The notes below the pieces were generated by a model, which was not told the origin of the DNA, did no database searches, and saw only the letters and a program-made list of their open reading frames with translations. Made by a program: the position numbers and the translations under genes. A stretch of 32,000 bases of DNA from Vibrio vulnificus CMCP6 (GTDB taxonomy: Bacteria > Pseudomonadota > Gammaproteobacteria > Enterobacterales > Vibrionaceae). Positions 17,219 through 26,555 of this stretch are shown here, one piece after another (positions within the stretch are counted from its first letter, which is position 1; each line of letters begins with the position of its first letter). The DNA lies in contig NC_004459.3 of the NCBI RefSeq assembly GCF_000039765.1, forward strand, positions 2,331,127-2,363,126. The letters are read 5' to 3'.

Positions 17219-18766
17219 GTGGGTCAACCAGTTTCTCTTTTGTCTTATCGATGGTTTAGAAGGCACTCGGCGTCGATTTTTGCCTTTGTCGCAACGTTAT
17301 TTGCAACCTGTGTATTTTTGCTCATTGCAAGTCATATCCAGCAGCGCTATACCCATACCATGTTTAATAATTTGGCTGAGCGACAAGCCGAAGCCCTCAA
17401 AGAGTTCGTTAAAAACGATTTGGATTATATCGGCTCTGGAGCCAATTTCTTCTATTCTGTCGCGCCTGAGGATTGGGACCGCTTTGAAGTGTTTGCCCGC
17501 CACACCGTTTCATCTTCACAAAGTTTGATTGGTTTGCAGTGGATGCAAAAGGTGGCGCCTGAGCAACTGGAACAGCACATTGCCAATGTGCGTGAAACTT
17601 TCCCCGATTTTTCGGTTTTTACCGTCCCTAAAGATCAACCCAAAACTTACGGCTACGTGTTTTCCGATGGCAGGGCCATTTACATTGCGAGCGATATTTA
17701 CCCTCGAACGCCGAAAAACATTGAGTTGCTGGGTTTCTATTCTTCTCGCCTGCGTTTTGATTTGATTTTGGACGACATCTTTAGCACAGGCCGAGCCAAC
17801 ATTTCCGATAAAGTGCGTCTATTACAAGACGGCTACGACCAATCATTAGATAAGACCGGCTTGTTGGTTTATCACCCCGTTTTTGACCAGCGTAGAGAGT
17901 CACTGCTTGGTGTGGTGGTTGGTGTGATTCGCAGTACCGTTTATTTCGAAGAGCTGGTGATGAAAACGGCGACTGAACTCAACATGGTGGTCAAAGTGAC
18001 GGACTTAGGGTTTGATGCGGAGGACGATCCCATTTTGTATCAGAGCCCCAATTGGTCAAGCATTGAGGGCGAGATCGTCGTGAAGCCGGTCACCTTACCA
18101 AACCGTTCATGGCGCATCGAATTTAAACTCGAGAAAGGGCTGTCGAAATGGGACCGACTGGTTTTAATCGGCATTGCGGTGATTGGCGTGGTGATCGCCA
18201 CCTTGGTTGCGCATATTGTCAACTTGCAGACGCGTGAGAAACAACGCTTGAGTTATATGCTCAATGAAAAAACCAAAGAGTTGCAATTTATGGTGGATCA
18301 CGATCCACTGACGCACACACTTAACCGCCGTGCTTTTCGTCATGATTTGACTCAGATGCTAGAAAAGCAGGCGGCGTTTAGTCTGATTGGCTTTGATATT
18401 GACCACTTTAAGCAAATCAATGACCGCTATGGCCATTTAGGTGGCGACCAAGTGTTGATTGATGTTGCCGATGTGATTGGCACTGTGTTGCAAGAGGGGG
18501 ATCGTTTCTATCGTTTTGGTGGCGATGAGTTTGGTATTCTCTCTTCTGTTACAGAGCGTTCTGAATTGGAGTGTTACTTAGAAGCCATCCGTGATCGTAT
18601 AGAGAAAACGGCCTGTTATTACCAAGATACCGAGATTCATTGCACCCTGAGTATTGGGGCTGCCGTCCACTGCGACGAAGAATTGGAGGATTTGGTGCAA
18701 AAAATGGATGTGCAGCTCTATCGAAGTAAAGATAAGGGACGAAACTGCGTGACAATTGCAGCCTAA
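17219..18766 (+). CDS. Diguanylate cyclase with periplasmic CHASE-like sensor domain (CHASE-GGDEF)
   Basis: Two TM segments flanking a ~200-aa periplasmic region (LIGLQWMQKVAPEQLEQHI..., GYVFSDGRAIYIASDIYPRT); DHDPLTHTLNRRAF, GFDIDHFKQINDRYGHLGGDQVL, RFGGDEFGI; GTG start. Confidence 0.85.
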   Translation: MGQPVSLLSYRWFRRHSASIFAFVATLFATCVFLLIASHIQQRYTHTMFNNLAERQAEALKEFVKNDLDYIGSGANFFYSVAPEDWDRFEVFARHTVSSSQSLIGLQWMQKVAPEQLEQHIANVRETFPDFSVFTVPKDQPKTYGYVFSDGRAIYIASDIYPRTPKNIELLGFYSSRLRFDLILDDIFSTGRANISDKVRLLQDGYDQSLDKTGLLVYHPVFDQRRESLLGVVVGVIRSTVYFEELVMKTATELNMVVKVTDLGFDAEDDPILYQSPNWSSIEGEIVVKPVTLPNRSWRIEFKLEKGLSKWDRLVLIGIAVIGVVIATLVAHIVNLQTREKQRLSYMLNEKTKELQFMVDHDPLTHTLNRRAFRHDLTQMLEKQAAFSLIGFDIDHFKQINDRYGHLGGDQVLIDVADVIGTVLQEGDRFYRFGGDEFGILSSVTERSELECYLEAIRDRIEKTACYYQDTEIHCTLSIGAAVHCDEELEDLVQKMDVQLYRSKDKGRNCVTIAA

Positions 18767-18855
18767 TTAGCCAAACGAAACCGCGTAAGTCGAGTTTCTG
18801 TTTTGATTAAGGTACACTTCCGCGCTTTAACTGGTTGGGAAACGAAAGGCGATTT

Positions 18856-19386
18856 ATGAACCATAACCGAATTGTTTGCTTTGATTTAGAAATGTGTTGC
18901 TGGAACGAAGATGGCGTTGGGCGCACGGGCGAAATCATTGAAATCGGTTTAGCAGAGATTGATTTGCTCAAAGGTGAAATCGTCAAGCGTGCTCAATACT
19001 ATGTGAAGCCTGAGCATGATGAAGTGTCGCTATTTTGCGCTGAGTTGACAGGTATTACGCCACGTAAGATCGAAAAGCAGGGCAGGCCGTTGGCCGAAGT
19101 GATTAAATCGATGATCAAAAATTTCGGTGGCAGCAATAAAATCTACGCTTCTTGGGGGCGTGATGACCGAATCCTTATGCAAGAATGCCAAGAAAAAGGC
19201 ATAGATGCGCCATTTAATGAGTTCATTAATATTGCGACGTTGTACCGAATTCAACATCGCTTGAAGGACAAGCGTATTGGCCATCGTGCCGCGCAAGAAG
19301 CCAAAGGCATTGAGTGGGAAGGGCGCCAGCATTCTGGTTACGTAGATGCTTATAACCTCGCTAAACTGGCATTAACCATGTTCTAA
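18856..19386 (+). CDS. 3'-5' exonuclease (RNase T/DnaQ-like, DEDDh family)
   Basis: VCFDLEMCCW (DxE), IEIGLAEID, HSGYVDAYNLAKLAL (HxxxxD). ATG 18856 with upstream GAAAGG preferred over track TTG at 18835. Confidence 0.82.
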   Translation: MNHNRIVCFDLEMCCWNEDGVGRTGEIIEIGLAEIDLLKGEIVKRAQYYVKPEHDEVSLFCAELTGITPRKIEKQGRPLAEVIKSMIKNFGGSNKIYASWGRDDRILMQECQEKGIDAPFNEFINIATLYRIQHRLKDKRIGHRAAQEAKGIEWEGRQHSGYVDAYNLAKLALTMF

Positions 19387-19420
19387 CGGGTGGATGGCCA
19401 AATACATCGTATCTGTAATA

Positions 19421-19446
19421 AAAAAACGCGCCTCGGCGCGTTTTTT
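19421..19446 (+). terminator. Bidirectional Rho-independent terminator
   Basis: AAAAAACGCGCC-tc-GGCGCGTTTTTT perfect stem between convergent genes. Confidence 0.9.
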
Positions 19447-19482
19447 GTTTTTCGTTGAGTTTGTTGTGACGCTATTAAAAAA

Positions 19483-19929
19483 CTACTTATCGAGCACTTG
19501 CAGTTTGGCGCGTATAAAGTCGCTGTGGTCGACATAAAGCAGTTCGGCGGTTTTACGAATGACGGCGTCTTCCAATGGATCAATCTCGCCATCTGCGTGG
19601 GCGACTTCCCACATGCCTTTAATCAAATCAAAGCGGACTTCTTGAGACAACTTTCTAAGCTGAGAGGTGAAATCATACAAAGAGGCTGATTCAGCGACAC
19701 CACTTTGTGCTTGCGTAAGTAACGCTTCTACTTGGGTATCGTCGAGATTGAGTAGGCGTTTGAGTAACTGCCTTTTAACGGCTTGCTCACGCTCATCGAT
19801 TTGGTAATCGGCACCGGCGACTTCACAAAGTAGGCTCGCAATGGCCAAATTTGGGTTGGTCGCTTTGTGCTTACTGAGGTCAGAACCCTCAATAAGCTCC
19901 TTAAATAATGAAGTTAATACATTAAACAT
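19483..19929 (-). CDS. TerB-like protein (tellurite resistance TerB family fold)
   Basis: ASLLCEVAGADYQIDEREQAVKRQLL and GMWEVAHADGEIDPLEDAVIRKTAELLYV; repeated acidic motifs. ATG 19929 preferred over track TTG at 19944. Confidence 0.75.
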   Translation of the reverse strand: MFNVLTSLFKELIEGSDLSKHKATNPNLAIASLLCEVAGADYQIDEREQAVKRQLLKRLLNLDDTQVEALLTQAQSGVAESASLYDFTSQLRKLSQEVRFDLIKGMWEVAHADGEIDPLEDAVIRKTAELLYVDHSDFIRAKLQVLDK

Positions 19930-20000
19930 AGTGTTCACCAGCAAACGAGGTTAACTACAACATGAAGTCATTTGCGTCATTTTACAAGGTGTGAGGCAGA

Positions 20001-20360
20001 TTAATATCCGTCACTGTCGTCGTTCTCTTCGAGAATTTCGATCACTTCAGAGCTTGAGAGCTCATGGCCCATCAGGAAGAGAGCCAACATGGCGTCGGCT
20101 TTGGTTTTTGTGTCACTGGCTTCATCGAGAATGTGTTCAAAGCGCTGTCTTATCATGGCAATTTCATGTTCGACAAAGCCACGACCTTCTTCATCGCCTT
20201 GGTTTTCTTCTGGAGCATTATCGAATTCAAGAAACAGCAAATTGTCGTCAAGGCGCGTATTTACCAGCCTTTCTGGCAGCCATTCTTCTCCCATCACAAC
20301 ATCAGGATCGTGACCATCTGGCAAGCTAAGGAGAAAAGTTTTCAGTTCTGAGGCTTTCAC
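20001..20360 (-). CDS. Conserved hypothetical acidic protein, 119 aa
   Basis: Intact ORF with acidic composition between TerB-like and porin-like genes; GTG start. Confidence 0.55.
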   Translation of the reverse strand: MKASELKTFLLSLPDGHDPDVVMGEEWLPERLVNTRLDDNLLFLEFDNAPEENQGDEEGRGFVEHEIAMIRQRFEHILDEASDTKTKADAMLALFLMGHELSSSEVIEILEENDDSDGY

Positions 20361-20477
20361 ATTAAATTCAAATAAATGACAATATCTATTATTGTAACGG
20401 CTAATTGATAATGAACATAAGAGCTTTTCTTCTGTTTGATGAATTAATCAGCGTAATTAACTGGAATTTAAACAAAA

Positions 20478-21782
20478 ATGAAAAATAAATGGCTGGCTTT
20501 AAGCCTACTTGTTGGCTTAGGTGGGACACAAAGCGCTTTGGCTGCACAAGAGGAAAACTGGGGCATCGCCGCAATGTACCGCACAGCGTCGATTCCTTTT
20601 GATACGCAAGGAGGCGATCAAACCGTTAGTACCTTTGTACCGATGATGTTTTTTGACAATGAATATGTCTTTATTCGCGGCATCGAAGGGGGCGCGTATT
20701 TGTGGCAGTCAGAAGAGCAACAATTGCAATTTAATGCGCTGACGCGTCTACGTTTTATCGATATTCCCAAGATTGCACAAAACTCTATCGAAGGTGACAA
20801 AGCGGACTTCGGTGGACAATTGAAATATCAAATTGACGACCAGTGGCGTTTTGAAGTGGAACTGATGTCTGACGACAGTTTCCGTTTTCACTCCAACTAC
20901 CGCTTGGCCGCCAAATATGACTTTGGCGACTGGGAGCTAGAGCCTTCAGTCACGCTGCGCTACAAAGACGCTGATTTCAACAGCACTTACTATGCGTTCT
21001 CTGATATCACCAAGCAGAACATTGGCGCGGGTGTGGACGCCAATATCGCGTTGAAAGGCCGTTACCACGTTATCTCCAATCTTTATTTGCTCGGCCAAAC
21101 CAGCATCACACGTTTAGATAACAATGCTTACAACAGCGATGCGGTGGAAGATCGTTATGAGGGGGAGTTTTACGTTGGCTTTGGTTTCTTTAACGATAAA
21201 ACCAAAGAACGAAAGTCTAACCTGAAAAACAAGCCATATCTGCGTGTGGCGCACGGTTGGGGAACGCCGTCGAACATTGGTGAGATATTCAAATTTGAAC
21301 ACGAAAAAGATCCTTACAATAACCAGCTAACGTCACTGTTCTATGGCCATCCGTTGACAGATGAGTTGTTCGGACTGCCGCTAGATCTTTACTTGCATTC
21401 GGGCATTGCGCACCACTGGAGTTCAGAAGTGCAAAGCTCAAGCACAGAGACCGTGGTCTCTATCAAAGCGTATTACACCTTTAACTGGCCGACACAATGG
21501 CGCTTTGGTGTGGCAGAAGGGATGTCTTATATCGACAACATCACTTATATCGAACAAAGTGAAATGGATCGCAAGGGTTATACTCCAAGCCATCTACTCA
21601 ATTACCTCGACTTTTCGTTTGATGTGAATGTGGGTGACTTGGTGGGTAAGAACGATTGGAAGAACGTTTGGTTTGGCTATTCCTTGCATCATCGTTCTGC
21701 GATCTTTGAAAAAGCCTCTCAATTTGGCCGAATCAAAGGCGGCAGCAACTACAATACGATTTATCTGCAGTTCGATTTCTAA
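20478..21782 (+). CDS. MipA/OmpV family outer membrane protein
   Basis: Signal peptide MKNKWLALSLLVGLGGTQSALA; many alternating beta strands; C-terminal NTIYLQFDF with terminal Phe. Confidence 0.75.
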   Translation: MKNKWLALSLLVGLGGTQSALAAQEENWGIAAMYRTASIPFDTQGGDQTVSTFVPMMFFDNEYVFIRGIEGGAYLWQSEEQQLQFNALTRLRFIDIPKIAQNSIEGDKADFGGQLKYQIDDQWRFEVELMSDDSFRFHSNYRLAAKYDFGDWELEPSVTLRYKDADFNSTYYAFSDITKQNIGAGVDANIALKGRYHVISNLYLLGQTSITRLDNNAYNSDAVEDRYEGEFYVGFGFFNDKTKERKSNLKNKPYLRVAHGWGTPSNIGEIFKFEHEKDPYNNQLTSLFYGHPLTDELFGLPLDLYLHSGIAHHWSSEVQSSSTETVVSIKAYYTFNWPTQWRFGVAEGMSYIDNITYIEQSEMDRKGYTPSHLLNYLDFSFDVNVGDLVGKNDWKNVWFGYSLHHRSAIFEKASQFGRIKGGSNYNTIYLQFDF

Positions 21783-21813
21783 CTGATCATTTAATCTGTG
21801 TTGCAAACATTAG

Positions 21814-21841
21814 AAAGCAGGGGCGTGAATGCCCCTGCTTT
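21814..21841 (+). terminator. Bidirectional Rho-independent terminator between convergent genes
   Basis: AAAGCAGGGGC-gtgaat-GCCCCTGCTTT perfect 11-bp stem. Confidence 0.85.
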
Positions 21842-21845
21842 TGTA

Positions 21846-22766
21846 TTAACGATTGTCCTGTGGTATCGCTCTAACCAAACGCACGTAATACTGTGTCCAG
21901 TCCGATAGGCTTCCTAATGTATATAAAGTGTACATGTATGAAACATGTAAGCGATTGTCACTTGTTGTGCCTAGATTCGGCACGTTTTTGAACGAGACGC
22001 TGTACCCTGCTTGAGTGGCAAAAAGTTGGTTCAGTGGGTAGTAGTTGTCGCTATAGTGATTGCTCAGTCTCTCCAGCCCCAACTCTTTATCTCCCCAGTG
22101 AAACGCATTTGAAAACTTGTTGCGACTTGTTGTGGCTGCAACCCACTCTGGCGCATTTGCTTTGAGCCAAGGAACCAGTTCTTTATAAACGTAATCTGAG
22201 GTTTCTTGTGACCATTCACCATTTAGAAGCTTATGGCTGCTTTCCAACCACTCAACGACCTTTTCGTCTACCTCCGGGTTGGACTGACGTTTTTTCTCCA
22301 GTGCAACCAGGTTGTCTTGGTGTCGTTGGTAGAGAATATCGAACTTCTCTTTGTACGGAGCAACCGCTTGATATAACTGCTCCAGTGCTTCGGTCGTTTG
22401 TGACAGCTTAAAGAACTCAGGATAAGTCCCATAGCGGCAGCTCTGATCGGTAATGGTAATCAGCTCTTGGGTATGAGGCAGTCGCCATGTGAGTGCAGCG
22501 TCACTCTCGGCTTGATTGAAGGTTTCAATGAGTTCGACAAGATTCCCTCGTTTTTCCAAAATAGCGTCACCTGCGCACTGTTCACCTTGCTGACCCATTG
22601 GACACATCATCCATTGAAGGTTGGTTCTGTTGTCGTTGATCACCCAATAGTTTGTGCCGTGGTAATCGATCGTGGCTTTTTCAAAACGCCCCTCTTCAGG
22701 AAGGCATTGCGCATAGAGCGGAGTTGAGAGTACCGCTGCTAATGAGATGAGAAAAGTCGTTTTCAT
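21846..22766 (-). CDS. Secreted Lcl/DUF1566-like domain protein
   Basis: Signal peptide MKTTFLISLAAVLSTPLYA; TWRLPHTQELITI and C-terminal YYVRLVRAI are typical of Lcl C-terminal (DUF1566) domains. Confidence 0.72.
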   Translation of the reverse strand: MKTTFLISLAAVLSTPLYAQCLPEEGRFEKATIDYHGTNYWVINDNRTNLQWMMCPMGQQGEQCAGDAILEKRGNLVELIETFNQAESDAALTWRLPHTQELITITDQSCRYGTYPEFFKLSQTTEALEQLYQAVAPYKEKFDILYQRHQDNLVALEKKRQSNPEVDEKVVEWLESSHKLLNGEWSQETSDYVYKELVPWLKANAPEWVAATTSRNKFSNAFHWGDKELGLERLSNHYSDNYYPLNQLFATQAGYSVSFKNVPNLGTTSDNRLHVSYMYTLYTLGSLSDWTQYYVRLVRAIPQDNR

Positions 22767-22776
22767 ATGTGCTTCC

Positions 22777-25680
22777 TTATTCCTGATTCACTTTTAAACC
22801 ATCGCTCACCAGCATCACCTGGTGAGGCACCTCTTTGCCTTCCAATTGCGTTCGTGCGTTCCAACTGGTTGGGAAAAGTAGGTTTGCTAGGGTTTTAACA
22901 TCAGGGTTTTCTTGCTTCATCCACAGCATGTTGCCGTCAATATTTGGGAAGAAATCATCATCAAAGTTCAACTGAGGCTTGCCTTTCAAAGTCATAATAT
23001 TGAGCGTTTCTTCGTAGGTCGGCAGCCTCCAATCGGTGATGCCGCAAAGTTTGGCTTCGTTGGCGCGTTGAACAAGTTGGTTTACCGTACAGTGACGTGC
23101 TTTGTCTTGGCGATAAACCTCACCGTTGGTCGCGACACAAAATCCGTTGTATTGGTCGTCTGTCACCGCCAGGTTGTCACCATGCAGATATCGGTTATCG
23201 ATGCTGTACCAGTGACGAATGCGATCACCTTCCACCATCTCGCTATTTGGCACGGCCCACGTTCGGCCAGTTTTGGTTTCAACTGCGCAGCTGTGAGGGG
23301 TTGCAACATACGGAAGATCTTGTCGACTCAAACGTTCACCTTGCGCATCCACTTTTAGGAAAGAAAGCGATTGGTAACCATCGATGTTGGAGTTTCGTGC
23401 ATAACCACTCATTGGGTCACAGCTAAAATCCGAATCAAAGAGATGAGGATTGGTTAGGCCAGCATCGCTAACTCGAACATTGAACTGAGCGCTCGGCGTA
23501 CCATCGTGCGCGATCTGGAAATAGTAGCGAGTAAACGGCGTTAAACCATTTAATGTCACTCTGTGCGTTGCGCTCTTAGTCTGATTGGTCGCTTCACTCA
23601 GTTGACTAAACGGCTTGGTGTCCCAGTAGACGGTATAGCCACTGGTTCCTTGCGGCAGCCATTCTAATGTGAGCCAATCGTCCCCACGTCCACGAAGTGC
23701 AATGCCACGAATTTGGTCTTCAGCAAATTCGGTGCTGCAAATCGACTCCAATCCATTCACTGGCTCGGCGGGTAGCCAACTGTTGCCAGCGTTGATTGCC
23801 GTGTTTAAGTCGGCAGCGATCTGGTTGTCCGCAGCAAATTGGCTAAGGTGAGTGAAAGCTTGCGCACTCCACGTCAACAGCGTGTTGATGGTGGCCTCGT
23901 TATCTTCCATATGATGGGCGACATCGGCGATGTTTTTCAGCAGTTGGATGACTTGAAACGGCTCTGGCAGAATGTTGCTTTTACTGTACATACGGTATTG
24001 AGCGTTGTAGTCGAGATCGAGCAACTGAGCAGCGGTGCGGAAAAAGTCCGAGGCATTGTCGATGGCCGGTAGTGCCTGATTTTCTGCTGATGCCATTTGC
24101 ATCGCCACAATGCTACTCATCAACTGCACCATTTCCGGCGTATGCTTGGCAAACAGTTCATCGATCGCGGTCTGTTTGACGGGTTTGGCGTATTGGCCGC
24201 CACCGTGATGCATCAAGCCACTGCGTTCAGCCAACAGGGCGTGTGCGTTGTTTTCAAATGAGACTTTTAAACGCGGAAACTCTTCGGCAGTGACGATGCC
24301 ATCTTGGTTCTTGTCGATATCAGCTCTCGCCAGTTCACAGAAGGCGCCCAAGTAGGAACGCATCTCGACACCGCTGTCTGGATCAAACGCAATCACGGTC
24401 AGCAAATCTTGCATATTGTCGGTCGGATGGGCGCTTGGCTTGGTCAGATCGGCGTTTTTATCGTAGTAAACATACACGCCGTTCGCCGTGGGCTGACAAG
24501 TTTCAAAGCCTTGCGCGGTATCGCGAAGCGTTACGCGGAACTCAAATTGACGATTTGCCCCTTCAATAGCCGTCGACGATTTTTCTTCACCCACAGGGGT
24601 AATTGGTACCAGCAATGGGCGTTTGGGTTTGAGTGGGTTGTCGTAATGGCTGTTTGCTAAAGGATCGTTAGGATAAGAACCCATTTGTAGCGAAATCTGC
24701 GGGTTCTTCATTCCTGAAACCGTTTCGCCACGGAGTACCAAGGTGCGGGTTGGGTAAGAGTTATCTAATACTTCGCGCAGTACATTGCTTTGCTTGACCG
24801 CGTGCATCTCGATCCATTTGTCTTTAATACGCTTCTGCCAACCGTCGGGTAGTGCCACTTGATGGGTTTGTGCCATCGCTTGGTAAGTATCGCTCACTCT
24901 ATCCAACCAAGGCGTCTCTTCCTCGGTTGTGGCAGCGGCCATGTTTTCATTCTTAAGCAGGGCATCAATAAAGGCAGCGGTCGAGAGATTGAGCGAGGTG
25001 AGTTCGATTTGTTCTTCACGATCAAAAGGATCGGCGATCGCATGCAGCAACGCGGCGATGGCCATGATTCTCTCTCGCCCATGTTCGTTCATCAGTTCAA
25101 GTGCACTTTGTTCGCCACTTGGATCGAGTGCAACAAACAACGAGTTGGTTTGTGAGAAAGTCAGTGGCAGCCATTCATCATGGGTAATGAATTTATCGTT
25201 GTTTTTATCTGCGGCGAGTAGCGGCAACTTGGTACCAATGGCATTGCGATAAAGCAACACTTCGCGAGTTTCTGATGACGCTTGATCTTCCGTTTGTGCT
25301 TTTTCAGCAGTGCGCGCGTTGGCCTCTTGTTCACGTGGGGAGATCACGCTGACTGCCTCAATCGTCATCGGGAGGCCCTCGCTGAGAGTGGCAGGATCCA
25401 CCTCTAAAAGATAGCGAGGTTGACGCTCTCCCGCGTGTATTTTGATCGCTGAACGCGCCACGACCTCTTCACCCACCAGCAGCCTCACTTCCGTTTTGAC
25501 GGTTTGATCGACCGTGACTTTCACTGGCTGAGACTCCGTGACAAAGCCGGTTAACGTTACTTTAGTTGGGGTTGAAGGGGTTGCTGGACTGGTCGCAGAG
25601 CCGCCACCGTCGCCACCACCACACGCGGTCAATAGACCCGCAATGGTTGAGGCAACCAAACTCTTGGCAAATAAGCGCAT
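22777..25680 (-). CDS. Large lipoprotein with EF-hand-like loops, FnIII-like domain and C-terminal Lcl/DUF1566-like domain
   Basis: 967 aa; LLTACGGGDGGG lipobox; DKNNDKFITHDE and DKNQDGIVTAEE EF-hand loops; ITDWRLPTYEETLNIM Lcl motif. Confidence 0.75.
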   Translation of the reverse strand: MRLFAKSLVASTIAGLLTACGGGDGGGSATSPATPSTPTKVTLTGFVTESQPVKVTVDQTVKTEVRLLVGEEVVARSAIKIHAGERQPRYLLEVDPATLSEGLPMTIEAVSVISPREQEANARTAEKAQTEDQASSETREVLLYRNAIGTKLPLLAADKNNDKFITHDEWLPLTFSQTNSLFVALDPSGEQSALELMNEHGRERIMAIAALLHAIADPFDREEQIELTSLNLSTAAFIDALLKNENMAAATTEEETPWLDRVSDTYQAMAQTHQVALPDGWQKRIKDKWIEMHAVKQSNVLREVLDNSYPTRTLVLRGETVSGMKNPQISLQMGSYPNDPLANSHYDNPLKPKRPLLVPITPVGEEKSSTAIEGANRQFEFRVTLRDTAQGFETCQPTANGVYVYYDKNADLTKPSAHPTDNMQDLLTVIAFDPDSGVEMRSYLGAFCELARADIDKNQDGIVTAEEFPRLKVSFENNAHALLAERSGLMHHGGGQYAKPVKQTAIDELFAKHTPEMVQLMSSIVAMQMASAENQALPAIDNASDFFRTAAQLLDLDYNAQYRMYSKSNILPEPFQVIQLLKNIADVAHHMEDNEATINTLLTWSAQAFTHLSQFAADNQIAADLNTAINAGNSWLPAEPVNGLESICSTEFAEDQIRGIALRGRGDDWLTLEWLPQGTSGYTVYWDTKPFSQLSEATNQTKSATHRVTLNGLTPFTRYYFQIAHDGTPSAQFNVRVSDAGLTNPHLFDSDFSCDPMSGYARNSNIDGYQSLSFLKVDAQGERLSRQDLPYVATPHSCAVETKTGRTWAVPNSEMVEGDRIRHWYSIDNRYLHGDNLAVTDDQYNGFCVATNGEVYRQDKARHCTVNQLVQRANEAKLCGITDWRLPTYEETLNIMTLKGKPQLNFDDDFFPNIDGNMLWMKQENPDVKTLANLLFPTSWNARTQLEGKEVPHQVMLVSDGLKVNQE

Positions 25681-25865
25681 TTTCGCTCCTTATTGAAAAA
25701 TTTGCTCGATAGATGAGAAGGGAAATGACGCCGTGATTTGAATAAATACTCTACATATCAGATCAATGATCTAATTAATAATAAAAATACGATCAAAAAC
25801 ACTGGCAAAATGTCATTTTGTAAAATATTCATCGCTTTATTTGTTGCGCATAATAATATAAGTGT

Positions 25866-25893
25866 TATCATTTGCAAATGATATTGATTCTCA
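25866..25893 (+). promoter_or_regulatory. Composite operator candidate: perfect 18-bp palindrome overlapping a Fur-like 7-1-7 motif
   Basis: TATCATTTGCAAATGATA (25866-25883) is fully self-complementary; TGATATT-G-ATTCTCA (25879-25893) matches 12/14 of TGATAAT-N-ATTATCA; 35 nt upstream of flp ATG. Confidence 0.55.
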
Positions 25894-25928
25894 TGTCTAT
25901 TTACATATTGTTTCAAAAAGGAGTAATG

Positions 25929-26105
25929 ATGCTGAAACAATTCATAAACGATGAAAGCGGCGCGACAGCGATTGAGTATGGAATCCTAGCGGCAGGCTTA
26001 GCGGCGGGCGTATTGGCCATTTTCGGTTCTGATGGGGTGTTTATTTCTGCACTCAAAGAGAAGTTTCTCGGCATTGTAAACAGCCTTAATCCGGCTGGTG
26101 AATAA
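25929..26105 (+). CDS. flp: Flp-family type IVb pilin
   Basis: MLKQFINDESGATAIEYGILAAGLAAGVLAIFG with G/ATAIEY processing motif; AAAGGAG Shine-Dalgarno; ATG 25929 preferred over track start 25872. Confidence 0.92.
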   Translation: MLKQFINDESGATAIEYGILAAGLAAGVLAIFGSDGVFISALKEKFLGIVNSLNPAGE

Positions 26106-26108
26106 ACC

Positions 26109-26540
26109 GTGAAGCCAGACATTGTCGTCCTCATCGCTTTGCTGCTACTGCTTGCGATGGTGGTGTTAAGTGACGTGCTAAAGCGAAAGATTTACAACGC
26201 TAATCTCGCCGTATTGGTCATCGTATCAACGTATTATCGCCATCAACTACCCGATGCAATGTGGTTGGATGCGACATTGTATGCACTGCTGGCGTTGTTG
26301 ATTGGCATGCTGCTCTGGCAACGCAGGTTGCTTGGGGCAGGGGATGTGAAGCTAGCCGTGATATGTGTCTGGATGGTTTTCCCAAACTGGGGTGAGCTGA
26401 TTTTACTGAGTGCGCTTGGCGCTGGGGTATTGGCGATATGGCAGTTAGCGCGTCAGCGTTTGGCCATGTCAAACACCCATCAAGGGACGATTCCGCTTGG
26501 TGTCTCCATTTCCGCGTCGACCGTTTACCTTCTTTTCTAA
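26109..26540 (+). CDS. tadV: Flp prepilin peptidase (TadV/CpaA, A24 family)
   Basis: SDVLKRKIYN and GAGDVKLA aspartyl prepilin peptidase motifs; directly after flp; GTG start. Confidence 0.87.
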   Translation: MKPDIVVLIALLLLLAMVVLSDVLKRKIYNANLAVLVIVSTYYRHQLPDAMWLDATLYALLALLIGMLLWQRRLLGAGDVKLAVICVWMVFPNWGELILLSALGAGVLAIWQLARQRLAMSNTHQGTIPLGVSISASTVYLLF

Positions 26541-26555
26541 TTTGGATTTTTCATC

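Noticed and set aside
19483-19929. TerB-like gene as a tellurite resistance locus
   Set aside because: No terZACDE neighbours; a lone TerB-fold protein does not support a resistance call.
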